From an uncultured Anaerolineales bacterium (GTDB taxonomy: Bacteria > Chloroflexota > Anaerolineae > B4-G1), in contig CAZHAX010000001.1 in the NCBI GenBank assembly GCA_964530325.1, positions 186,128-250,127 of the forward strand: a stretch of 64,000 nt of DNA. The letters are read 5' to 3'. Under the pieces are notes generated by a model. The model saw nothing but the letters and a program-made list of their open reading frames with translations. It ran no database searches and was not told the DNA's origin. Of this stretch, positions 57,654-64,000 are shown piece by piece (the first letter of the stretch is position 1; each line of letters starts with the position of its first letter). Both the position numbers and the translations under genes were made by a program.

Positions 57654-59002
57654 CAGATCTCGACGAAGTAGGCCTCGCAGGCGCGATCGACCAGCTCCTT
57701 GCTCAACGTAGGTTCGACGCTGAGGTAGCGAGCGATATCGATGAGCTGGTCGATTATGTCGCGTGGGTGACACGACCTCTTAGACCGGTCCGGCTTGATG
57801 TAGTGTTCCTGGATCAGATAGGCAAGGCCCTCGTCATTGTAGGGGATACCCTTGGACTGGCAGGCTCGGCGGAAGATCTCTCTGTACTCGTCCCAGTTCG
57901 GATCCTTGATCTCGATCTTGTGACGGATGCGGCGCAGGAATGCCTCGTCGACCAGGTCGCGCGGCGCCAGGTTGGTGGCGAAGACAATCAAGAGGTCGAA
58001 TGGGATCTCGATCTTGCGCCCAGTGTGGAGCGTGAGGTAGTCGACCCGCTTTTCCAGAGGGACGATCCAGCGGTTGAGCAGGTCGCGAGGGCGGGCCTGC
58101 TGCCGGCCGAAGTCATCGATGAGCAGCATGCCGCCGTTCGCCCGAACCTGGAAGGGAGCCTCGTAGTACTTGTTGTGCTCGTCGTAGACCAGATCGAGTG
58201 ACTCCAGAGTGAGTTCACCGCCGGTAATGATGACCGGCCTGCGGATGCGTACCCACCTCGGATCGTGTGTCCTCTCCGTAGTGTCCGTACCGTTCGCCCG
58301 TTGGTGATTGACGTAGTCGAAGATCCTGATCACCTGGCCGCCGACCTCGATGGCGTACGGGATGTACAGCGAATCCTTCAGTATCATGTCTCCGATCGCC
58401 TCGGCGATCGCCGTCTTCCCGTTTCCGGGGTAGCCGAACAGGAAGACGGAGCGACCGGAGTTGACCGCTGGTCCCAGGCGGGCGAATGTGTCCTCGCCGA
58501 CGACCAGGTGGCCCAATGCCTTGCGCATTGTCCGCTGGCGAATAGTGACCTTGCTCAAAGGCTGCTTGTCGATCGCGCTGATGTACGCTTCCAGCGTGGC
58601 CGGTGCCGGGCCGGTGTACTGGCCGCGCTCCATGGCCTCGCGGGCCATGCCCCGCCCTTTGTCTGCGATGGCGTACTGATAGGCCGCCTCGGCGAACCCT
58701 GCTGCGCCTTTCACTTCGCACAGCTGTTCCCGCTTCATCGCCTCCAGGATCTGATCCACGACGCCGGAATAGGGGAGCCGCAGCCGCTCGGCGAGCTCGT
58801 AGCCGGAGAGGCTGCTCTCCACGTACAGCGTCTTGATGGCTAGTTCCGTCAGGAAGGTCAGGCTCAGCCCGGTGTCCTTGATGGACTTGGGCATCGGAGG
58901 TACGTACATAGGCGGGGCGACAGGTAGCGAGTCATCCGTGCCTACCTCCACCTCCTCCTGCCTCTCCTTCTCAGCAACCATAACTTGGCTTCCTGCCCAC
59001 AC
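57653..59002 (-). CDS. AAA+ family ATPase of unknown function with N-terminal winged-helix-like region
   Basis: Walker A VFLFGYPGNGKTAIAEA. Walker B MLLIDDFGRQ. Sensor region LIVFATNLAP. Arg finger region AFLRRIRHKIEI. No specific subfamily recognised. Confidence 0.6.
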   Translation of the reverse strand: MWAGSQVMVAEKERQEEVEVGTDDSLPVAPPMYVPPMPKSIKDTGLSLTFLTELAIKTLYVESSLSGYELAERLRLPYSGVVDQILEAMKREQLCEVKGAAGFAEAAYQYAIADKGRGMAREAMERGQYTGPAPATLEAYISAIDKQPLSKVTIRQRTMRKALGHLVVGEDTFARLGPAVNSGRSVFLFGYPGNGKTAIAEAIGDMILKDSLYIPYAIEVGGQVIRIFDYVNHQRANGTDTTERTHDPRWVRIRRPVIITGGELTLESLDLVYDEHNKYYEAPFQVRANGGMLLIDDFGRQQARPRDLLNRWIVPLEKRVDYLTLHTGRKIEIPFDLLIVFATNLAPRDLVDEAFLRRIRHKIEIKDPNWDEYREIFRRACQSKGIPYNDEGLAYLIQEHYIKPDRSKRSCHPRDIIDQLIDIARYLSVEPTLSKELVDRACEAYFVEI

Positions 59003-59237
59003 GGGCCCTCCTCCCTACGCCTCTGCGCAGGCTACGAAGGCGACGGCGGTACGGAGTGACGAGCAGCGGCGTGTGCCAGGTCGAACCAGAACATGCTTGT
59101 CGACGAGGGAATGCCTGGCGACACCCAGGGTCACGCCGTTCCTGTCTTCTCCACCAGCACTGCATGAGGTGAGAGCGCTGCTGATCGGCGTACCCCTCGG
59201 TACAGCTCCATAGTACTTGGATGCCGCCGAGCGTAGG

Positions 59238-59265
59238 GTTACAGGCCCGTTACAGCCTGGTTACT
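59238..59265 (-). promoter_or_regulatory. Three GTAAC direct repeats with exact 11-bp periodicity upstream of the AAA ATPase gene (read on minus strand)
   Basis: Plus strand ggGTTACAGgcccGTTACAGcctgGTTACtc. Co-oriented with the downstream minus-strand gene, as the triple at 27180-27208 is with its gene. Confidence 0.4.
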
Positions 59266-59307
59266 CGGACTGCTGATTTCGCTCTCGTATCAGCAGCCAC
59301 CATTTGC

Positions 59308-59673
59308 CTAGACCCCGATCTCTCTCAGGCGTTCCTCGCCGATACCGAAATGGTGGGCCAGCTCGTGCCGGACAACCCTCTTCACGAGAGCGCGCATCTG
59401 CTCCTCGGTGTGGGAGTGGAGCTCAATGGGTCCCTGGTAGATGCTGATCTTGTCCGGCAGAACGAGCACGTAGCCCTGCGTTCGATCCGTCTGGGGGATG
59501 CCGCGATAGAAGCCCAGAACGTGAGCCCGGCTGTGAGTACCTGCAAGCCGCACTGTCTCTGGGTCCGGCCAATCCTCGACGACGATGTCTACGTTGGCCA
59601 GCTTATCCAGGAACGCCTTCGGCAGCTCCGCGATCGCATCGACGACGAGGCGCTCGAAAGATGCCCGGTCCAT
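59308..59673 (-). CDS. Zincin-like metallopeptidase (DUF1025-like) family protein
   Basis: C-terminal VVRHELAHHFGIGEERLREIG matches the family HExxHHFG motif. Start at the internal Met MDRASFERL. Confidence 0.65.
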   Translation of the reverse strand: MDRASFERLVVDAIAELPKAFLDKLANVDIVVEDWPDPETVRLAGTHSRAHVLGFYRGIPQTDRTQGYVLVLPDKISIYQGPIELHSHTEEQMRALVKRVVRHELAHHFGIGEERLREIGV

Positions 59674-59812
59674 ACTGGTGATTATACAATGGGAGCGCCA
59701 TTCGGGCACGATCGGTCCGCGCAGCCGTTCCTGCTTCTCCCCATGTCCGCGCTTTGTAGGTATAATGTAGCTACCCTCCAGGCTCGCCCCGGAGCCGGCT
59801 GGCGAGGGTTAT

Positions 59813-59838
59813 GTAACATCTGCCGCGTCACAAACGTT
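59813..59838 (+). promoter_or_regulatory. ECF-sigma-type autoregulatory promoter GTAAC-N17-CGTT upstream of sigma/anti-sigma fusion gene
   Basis: atGTAACatctgccgcgtcacaaaCGTTacaggagcagaaccgaagcgATG. SD aggag. GGTATAAT at 59759-59766 lies further upstream. Confidence 0.45.
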
Positions 59839-59858
59839 ACAGGAGCAGAACCGAAGCG

Positions 59859-61526
59859 ATGAGCGGTTCGCCGGACACCCGGCTCGTCCGCCAGGCGCAA
59901 GGCGGCGACAAAGCTGCCTTCACAGAGCTCTTCACCCGCTATGAGAGCCGCATCTTCGGCTACGTGTACCGGATGGTGGGTGACCGAGCCTGGGCCGAGG
60001 ACATAGCCCAGGAGGCGTTCATCCGGGCACATCAGAAGCTGGGGCGGTTGGGGCCGCCATATGACTTCAAGTCTTGGGTGTACCGGATCGCAGGCAATGT
60101 GGCCATCGACGAGCTCCGTCGCCGCCGGCAGGAAGTGCCTCTTCCGGATTGGGACGCCGGAGAGGCCACGGCGCCTGAGCCTGCCGATCAGCATCGAGAA
60201 GGTGACCCCGAGCAGCAGGCCGAGCTGGCCGACGTGCGCGCTTCGGTGTGGCGAGCGCTTCATCAGCTTCCGGATAGCTACCGCCAGGTTCTGTTGCTGC
60301 GGGAACTGGAAGGGCTGTCCTACTCAGAGATCGCGGCCGCGGCGGCGATATCGCTGGACAACGTTCGGGTCACCCTCCACCGGGCCAGGCTCCAGTTCCG
60401 TGAGCTCTATGGACTGCAGGTGATGGTCGAGGAAGGAAGAGGCGAGTGCCACGAGCTGGACGAGCTGCTCTCTGCATTCACCGATGGAGAGCTGGACCGC
60501 TCGACGCGCAAGCGAGTCAAGGATCACATCGCCTCCTGCCCTGAGTGCCAGGAGAAGCAGCGCGACCTGCTCCGCGTCGCCGCCCTGCTGGGCGCACTTG
60601 TGCCGCTATTGCCGCCCGCAACGCTGGGGCCTTCATTCCAGGCCCGCCTGGCCGACGCCCCTGCTCCGGAGAGCCTGCCGGCAGGGCAAGGCGGGGGCGG
60701 GGCGGCTGGCGGCGTAGGAGGAGTGGCCGGCAAGGGTTCGATGCCTCCGTGGGGCTGGGCTCTGGCCGCTGGCGGTGCCGTAGTGGTCGTCGGCGTGATC
60801 GTCCTCGGCGTCCTGATCGCTATTCGCTCAGGCATCTTCGGTGGGGCTGCGCAGCCACTCAGCCCTACCCCCACTTCCTACGCAGAGCCCCGACCGACTA
60901 CGCCGACCCCCTCCCCGTGGGAGCCAGCACCGAGCGCCACCCCTTCGCCGCTGCCCGGTCCCCAGGTTGACTTCGGGGCCAGCGCGCAGTCGATCCAGGC
61001 TGGCGATTGCCTTGTGGTCCAGTGGCATACTTGCGGCGTGGATGGCGTCTACTTCGACGGCCAGCCCGTTTCCGGTTCCGGCTCTCTATACGTCTGCCTC
61101 TGCACCGCTCGGACCTTCACGCTCGACGTCGTGTTGCCCGGAGGCGCGCACGACATCCGGGAGCTTACCATAGATGTGCAGGGCGAGTGTGCCACGGATA
61201 CTCCGACTCCAGATCAGCAACCTCCGCCCGCTCCTGTGCTGATTGAGCCGATAGACAGGGAGCCGCTGTCGTGCCGTTCCACGGCGACGCTGGTGTGGGA
61301 GGCGATCAGTGACCCCTCCGGAATAGCTGGCTACTACGTACGACTCGAGGTAGACCTCTATACGGCGCCGGGCGAATCGTGGGATTGGGGGCCCACGAGT
61401 GGAACGCAGCAGGAAGTGCCGGTTGTCTGCGGCATCCCCTACCGCTGGGCAGTGCGCGCCGTCGACGGAGCGGGAAACCCCGGTCCCTGGTCGGAGTTCG
61501 GGCAGTTCTCTGTACAGCGCCAGTAG
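59859..61526 (+). CDS. ECF sigma factor fused in one polypeptide to zinc-finger anti-sigma (zf-HC2), a TM helix and a Pro/Thr-rich + Ig-like extracytoplasmic domain
   Basis: Sigma70_r2 (FTELFTRYESRIFGYVYRMVGDRAWAEDIAQEAFIRAHQKL). Sigma70_r4 (LPDSYRQVLLLRELEGLSYSEIAAAAAISLDNVRVTLHRARLQFRE). ZAS motif HIASCPECQ. TM (GWALAAGGAVVVVGVIVLGVLIAI). PT linker and Cys-containing beta domains. Confidence 0.8.
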   Translation: MSGSPDTRLVRQAQGGDKAAFTELFTRYESRIFGYVYRMVGDRAWAEDIAQEAFIRAHQKLGRLGPPYDFKSWVYRIAGNVAIDELRRRRQEVPLPDWDAGEATAPEPADQHREGDPEQQAELADVRASVWRALHQLPDSYRQVLLLRELEGLSYSEIAAAAAISLDNVRVTLHRARLQFRELYGLQVMVEEGRGECHELDELLSAFTDGELDRSTRKRVKDHIASCPECQEKQRDLLRVAALLGALVPLLPPATLGPSFQARLADAPAPESLPAGQGGGGAAGGVGGVAGKGSMPPWGWALAAGGAVVVVGVIVLGVLIAIRSGIFGGAAQPLSPTPTSYAEPRPTTPTPSPWEPAPSATPSPLPGPQVDFGASAQSIQAGDCLVVQWHTCGVDGVYFDGQPVSGSGSLYVCLCTARTFTLDVVLPGGAHDIRELTIDVQGECATDTPTPDQQPPPAPVLIEPIDREPLSCRSTATLVWEAISDPSGIAGYYVRLEVDLYTAPGESWDWGPTSGTQQEVPVVCGIPYRWAVRAVDGAGNPGPWSEFGQFSVQRQ

Positions 61527-61552
61527 GCTCTGTGACTTGAAGGAGGCAAGGA

Positions 61553-62644
61553 ATGGCGAACAAGGAGCAACGGACAAGGATCGCCGCGCTGGCAGTCATT
61601 CTTCTCTCGATCGTGGCCTGCAACTTGCCGGGTCAGGATACTCCTGAGCCCACGCCCACGGACTACGCGCCAACCGGCACGGCAACGCCGTCGCCGGAGC
61701 CGGAGCCCTCTGCCACGCCCACGGAGGATGCGTGCGTGCCGAATGCGGCCTTTGTCACCGACGTGACTATCCCCGACGGCACCACGCTGGCGCCCTCCGC
61801 TTCTTTCATCAAGACGTGGCGGGTGGAGAACAGCGGCTCCTGTGCCTGGGAGCCGGGGACGGTGCTAGCTTTCGTCTCTGGTGATCAGATGGGAGGGCCG
61901 GCTTCCTTGACTGCCGGCGCCGTCGCTGTCGGGGCGGACACAGATCTGAGCGTGGAGCTGGTGGCGCCGTCTGCACCCGGGAGCTACCAGGGCCGGTGGC
62001 GACTGGAATCGTCAGACGGCCCGTTCGGCCCGACGCTGCTGGTGAGCATAGTCGTCGGTACGCCGACCTCTACTTCAACGCCGGCCTGCGTCGCGCCCGA
62101 CAGCGCCCTGGCATCGATACTCACTATCGCCCAGGACGCGGGCCACAACCCGGGCTGCCCCATAGGCCCTGCCTTCACCGTCGACGGGGCCATACAGCTG
62201 TTCGAGACGAACCCGGAGAACGCCAACCCGCACGCAAGAATGAGGGGCTTCATGATCTGGCGTTCCGATGAGGCCGTGATCTACGCGCTGGGAAGTGGAT
62301 GGGCGTCCTACATGCCGTCCCACGATGGGGATGTGCTCCACGTCTACGAGGATGACTGGGCGGAGGGGATGCCCGCCATCCATCCTGACTGCGCCTCGAT
62401 GAGCGTGCCGACTGGATATGTCCTGCCCCAGCGAGGCTTTGGGCGGGCGTGGTGCGTGCACTCGCTTGGCGACAGCACCGAAGTTGGCTGGCCCACGCAT
62501 CCGGAGACTGGAGTGATTCTGCAGGTCCAGCCTACACGGAACGGGGCGCTAATCAGGGTTATGGCCCACCCTTGGGGTATTACCTGGTACTTCTCACTCG
62601 ATATCCTGGGCGGTCGGTGGTATTCAATCAGCACTACGCCGTAG
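61553..62644 (+). CDS. Lipoprotein with NBR1-like Ig domain and C-terminal globular domain
   Basis: Lipobox LLSIVAC. PT linker. FVTDVTIPDGTTLAPSASFIKTWRVENSGSCAWEPGTVLAFVSGDQMGGP resembles the Nbr1 FW/Ig-like domain. Confidence 0.55.
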   Translation: MANKEQRTRIAALAVILLSIVACNLPGQDTPEPTPTDYAPTGTATPSPEPEPSATPTEDACVPNAAFVTDVTIPDGTTLAPSASFIKTWRVENSGSCAWEPGTVLAFVSGDQMGGPASLTAGAVAVGADTDLSVELVAPSAPGSYQGRWRLESSDGPFGPTLLVSIVVGTPTSTSTPACVAPDSALASILTIAQDAGHNPGCPIGPAFTVDGAIQLFETNPENANPHARMRGFMIWRSDEAVIYALGSGWASYMPSHDGDVLHVYEDDWAEGMPAIHPDCASMSVPTGYVLPQRGFGRAWCVHSLGDSTEVGWPTHPETGVILQVQPTRNGALIRVMAHPWGITWYFSLDILGGRWYSISTTP

Positions 62645-62664
62645 CGGACGGGGGCGGGAACAGA

Positions 62665-63672
62665 CTAGAGTGCCAGCTCGACGTCGAGGGCGGACAGCAC
62701 CTCGTCTATGGGGTTGATCACGGTGGCTGCCTCGGACCCGGCGAAAAGCAGCCCGACGACGCGGCGATCCGTATCCAGGATGGCGGCGCCGGAGTCGCCT
62801 GGCTGGCTCATCGGTCCCGCCAGCATCTGGCCGGAGAACATAGCGGCTGGGCCGTGGTAGTCTATGCGGACGGTAGCGTCGATCTGCGTAATGGTGCCGC
62901 GTGTGTGCCCCGTGGTTCGACCCGTCTTCTGGACGTGGGTGCCGAGTGTGGCGAGGCCGATGCCGGACGGACGGCCGATAGACAAGATCTGGTCGCCGAG
63001 CAGGCCCTCCGAGATGGGGCGGGCCAGCGCGGCGTCAACGCTGTTCAAACCGGGCGTGCAGCGCACAGCTTCGAGTCTGTGGCTTGATTTGAAGGCCCCG
63101 GCGACGTAGTTAAGCAGCTTCGCGGCCCAGCTGGCTATTGGGCACTGAGCCTCCGCGGTGCCGAAGTCGAGCGGAACGTAGTCAGCCAGGTAGGCGACGA
63201 CGTCGCGCGCTGTGCCGCCATCTACCGGCCCGGGTTGCAGGATCGGGTCGCCCTCATGCCCCTTGTTGGAGTCGGCCAGCACGTGGTTGTTCGAAAGCAT
63301 GAAGTGCTCGCCTCCCCGCCGGACCAGGCAGCCGAACGTTCCGGTCGTGGTTCGGTAGTGGCCCACCGATACACCAGGCGGCACTACCGGCCGCCACGAG
63401 TCCCGCGGGCCCGGCCGGAAGGCGCGTAGATTTCCGATTTCGACGACGTCCGTCCGGATACCGCCAACCGTCTGGGGAACGAGGTCAGCCGGCGACAGCG
63501 CAGATATGGCCAACTTGCGCGTCACGGAAACGACAAGGCTTAGCTCGTCAGTCGTGGCGCCATTCGTAACCTTGTAGCCGAGACCAACTCCCACGACATT
63601 GCGCTTCGCCAGAAGCTGGCGAACGTGTGATCTGAGGGCCTGCCTGGCCTGTGTCACGATCAGCTTAGCCAT
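62665..63672 (-). CDS. Chymotrypsin-fold (S1-like) serine peptidase with about 90-aa N-terminal accessory domain
   Basis: His context FMLSNNHVL. Ser context MSQPGDSGAAIL (GDSGx). N-terminal domain NVVGVGLGYKV...ELSLVVSVTRKL. Confidence 0.6.
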   Translation of the reverse strand: MAKLIVTQARQALRSHVRQLLAKRNVVGVGLGYKVTNGATTDELSLVVSVTRKLAISALSPADLVPQTVGGIRTDVVEIGNLRAFRPGPRDSWRPVVPPGVSVGHYRTTTGTFGCLVRRGGEHFMLSNNHVLADSNKGHEGDPILQPGPVDGGTARDVVAYLADYVPLDFGTAEAQCPIASWAAKLLNYVAGAFKSSHRLEAVRCTPGLNSVDAALARPISEGLLGDQILSIGRPSGIGLATLGTHVQKTGRTTGHTRGTITQIDATVRIDYHGPAAMFSGQMLAGPMSQPGDSGAAILDTDRRVVGLLFAGSEAATVINPIDEVLSALDVELAL

Positions 63673-63726
63673 CAGTCATCCAGCGGGCTCTGGCTCCCGG
63701 TCCGGGGGCCGGTTTCAACAGGCCTT

Positions 63727-63990
63727 CTAGCCTGCGGCAAGCTCGCCCACCGCGCGGACGTCGACCGGGACCCCGTCCAACTCTTGGGGCAAGATGTCGT
63801 CCGGGTCCAGCGCGCAGGCAGGCAGCTTGTCAGTCACCGAAACGACGATCGCCAGCTCGCCCGTCGACTGCCCGTCTTGCTCCTGCACTCCGATGCCAAC
63901 TCCGACGACGTTAGCCTTGTCCAACAACTCGCTCTCGTGTGCTTCTTTCACCGAGCGCACGAGATCCAGCCTTTCGTCTCGCTTGGTCAT
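63727..63990 (-). CDS. Small protein homologous to the N-terminal accessory domain of the adjacent S1-like peptidase
   Basis: NVVGVGIGVQEQDGQSTGELAIVVSVTDKL parallels NVVGVGLGYKVTNGATTDELSLVVSVTRKL of 62665..63672. Complete 87-aa ORF with ATG at 63990. Confidence 0.5.
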   Translation of the reverse strand: MTKRDERLDLVRSVKEAHESELLDKANVVGVGIGVQEQDGQSTGELAIVVSVTDKLPACALDPDDILPQELDGVPVDVRAVGELAAG

Positions 63991-64000
63991 CCGGGTCCTC

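Overview
This 64 kb window is high-GC bacterial chromosomal DNA (roughly two-thirds G+C by eye, not computed). It is gene-dense, with about 60 protein genes. I found no rRNA, tRNA, CRISPR array or recognisable IS/transposase. Many long ORFs on the supplied track lie antisense to clearly homologous genes and are artefacts of the GC content. Taxonomically it looks Chloroflexota-like or another monoderm high-GC lineage. That guess rests on the PT-rich secreted proteins, a Tad pilus locus without a secretin, and an archaeal-type mevalonate module. I cannot confirm it without a database search.

Content in order:
- 1-650: N-terminus of a HisKA_3 membrane histidine kinase running off the left edge.
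- 678-3900: secreted PT-linker proteins and a Tat lipoprotein of the DUF362 family.
- 4579-6020: a Roadblock/LC7 gene translationally coupled to a HAMP-only membrane sensor.
- 6062-10496: a MalT-like AAA+/LuxR regulator flanked by a truncated and a full-length endonuclease/exonuclease/phosphatase (EEP) paralog.
- 10671-12617: an isoprenylcysteine-methyltransferase-family enzyme and a polysaccharide deacetylase.
- 12805-16811: archaeal-type mevalonate entry operon (class II HMG-CoA reductase, HMG-CoA synthase, thiolase, DUF35 scaffold).
- 16901-18340: a B12-binding radical SAM enzyme.
- 18644-23767: a CoA biosynthesis supercluster panB-panE-panC-panD-coaX-coaBC, with a structured leader.
- 23772-24752: an S58/DmpA-type peptidase.
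- 24907-26709: a NarL-type response regulator and a DegS-like kinase.
- 26837-42222: a complete monoderm-type Tad/Flp pilus locus. It holds flp, a giant 1242-aa TadE-like adhesin fusion, TadE, TadG-vWA, cpaB, REC-cpaE, cpaF, tadB and tadC. There is no secretin or prepilin peptidase.
- 42258-46447: comFC, hpf, a hypothetical protein, an inositol monophosphatase and an OmpR-like regulator.
- 46606-52455: the most unusual block. It contains a MglA-like Ras GTPase and seven Roadblock/LC7 domains in this block (nine in the window): five stand-alone Roadblock proteins and two response-regulator-Roadblock fusions, one of which carries a DUF4388/PATAN-like domain.
- 52609-55117: the MglA/Roadblock block is adjacent to an OmpR regulator and a REC-GAF-histidine kinase.
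- 55152-56480: a LuxR-HTH/TM/Kelch protein.
- 56802-59673: a GDPD/AAA+ operon and a zincin-like peptidase.
- 59859-62644: an ECF sigma factor fused to its own zinc-finger anti-sigma, a TM segment and an extracytoplasmic domain, followed by a lipoprotein.
- 62665-63990: S1-like protease paralogs.

Regulatory signals noted:
- GTAAC x3 direct repeats with 11-bp phasing upstream of two genes.
- A recurring GTGCTATAAT extended -10 in three places.
- An ECF-type GTAAC-N17-CGTT promoter.
- Several hairpin terminators.
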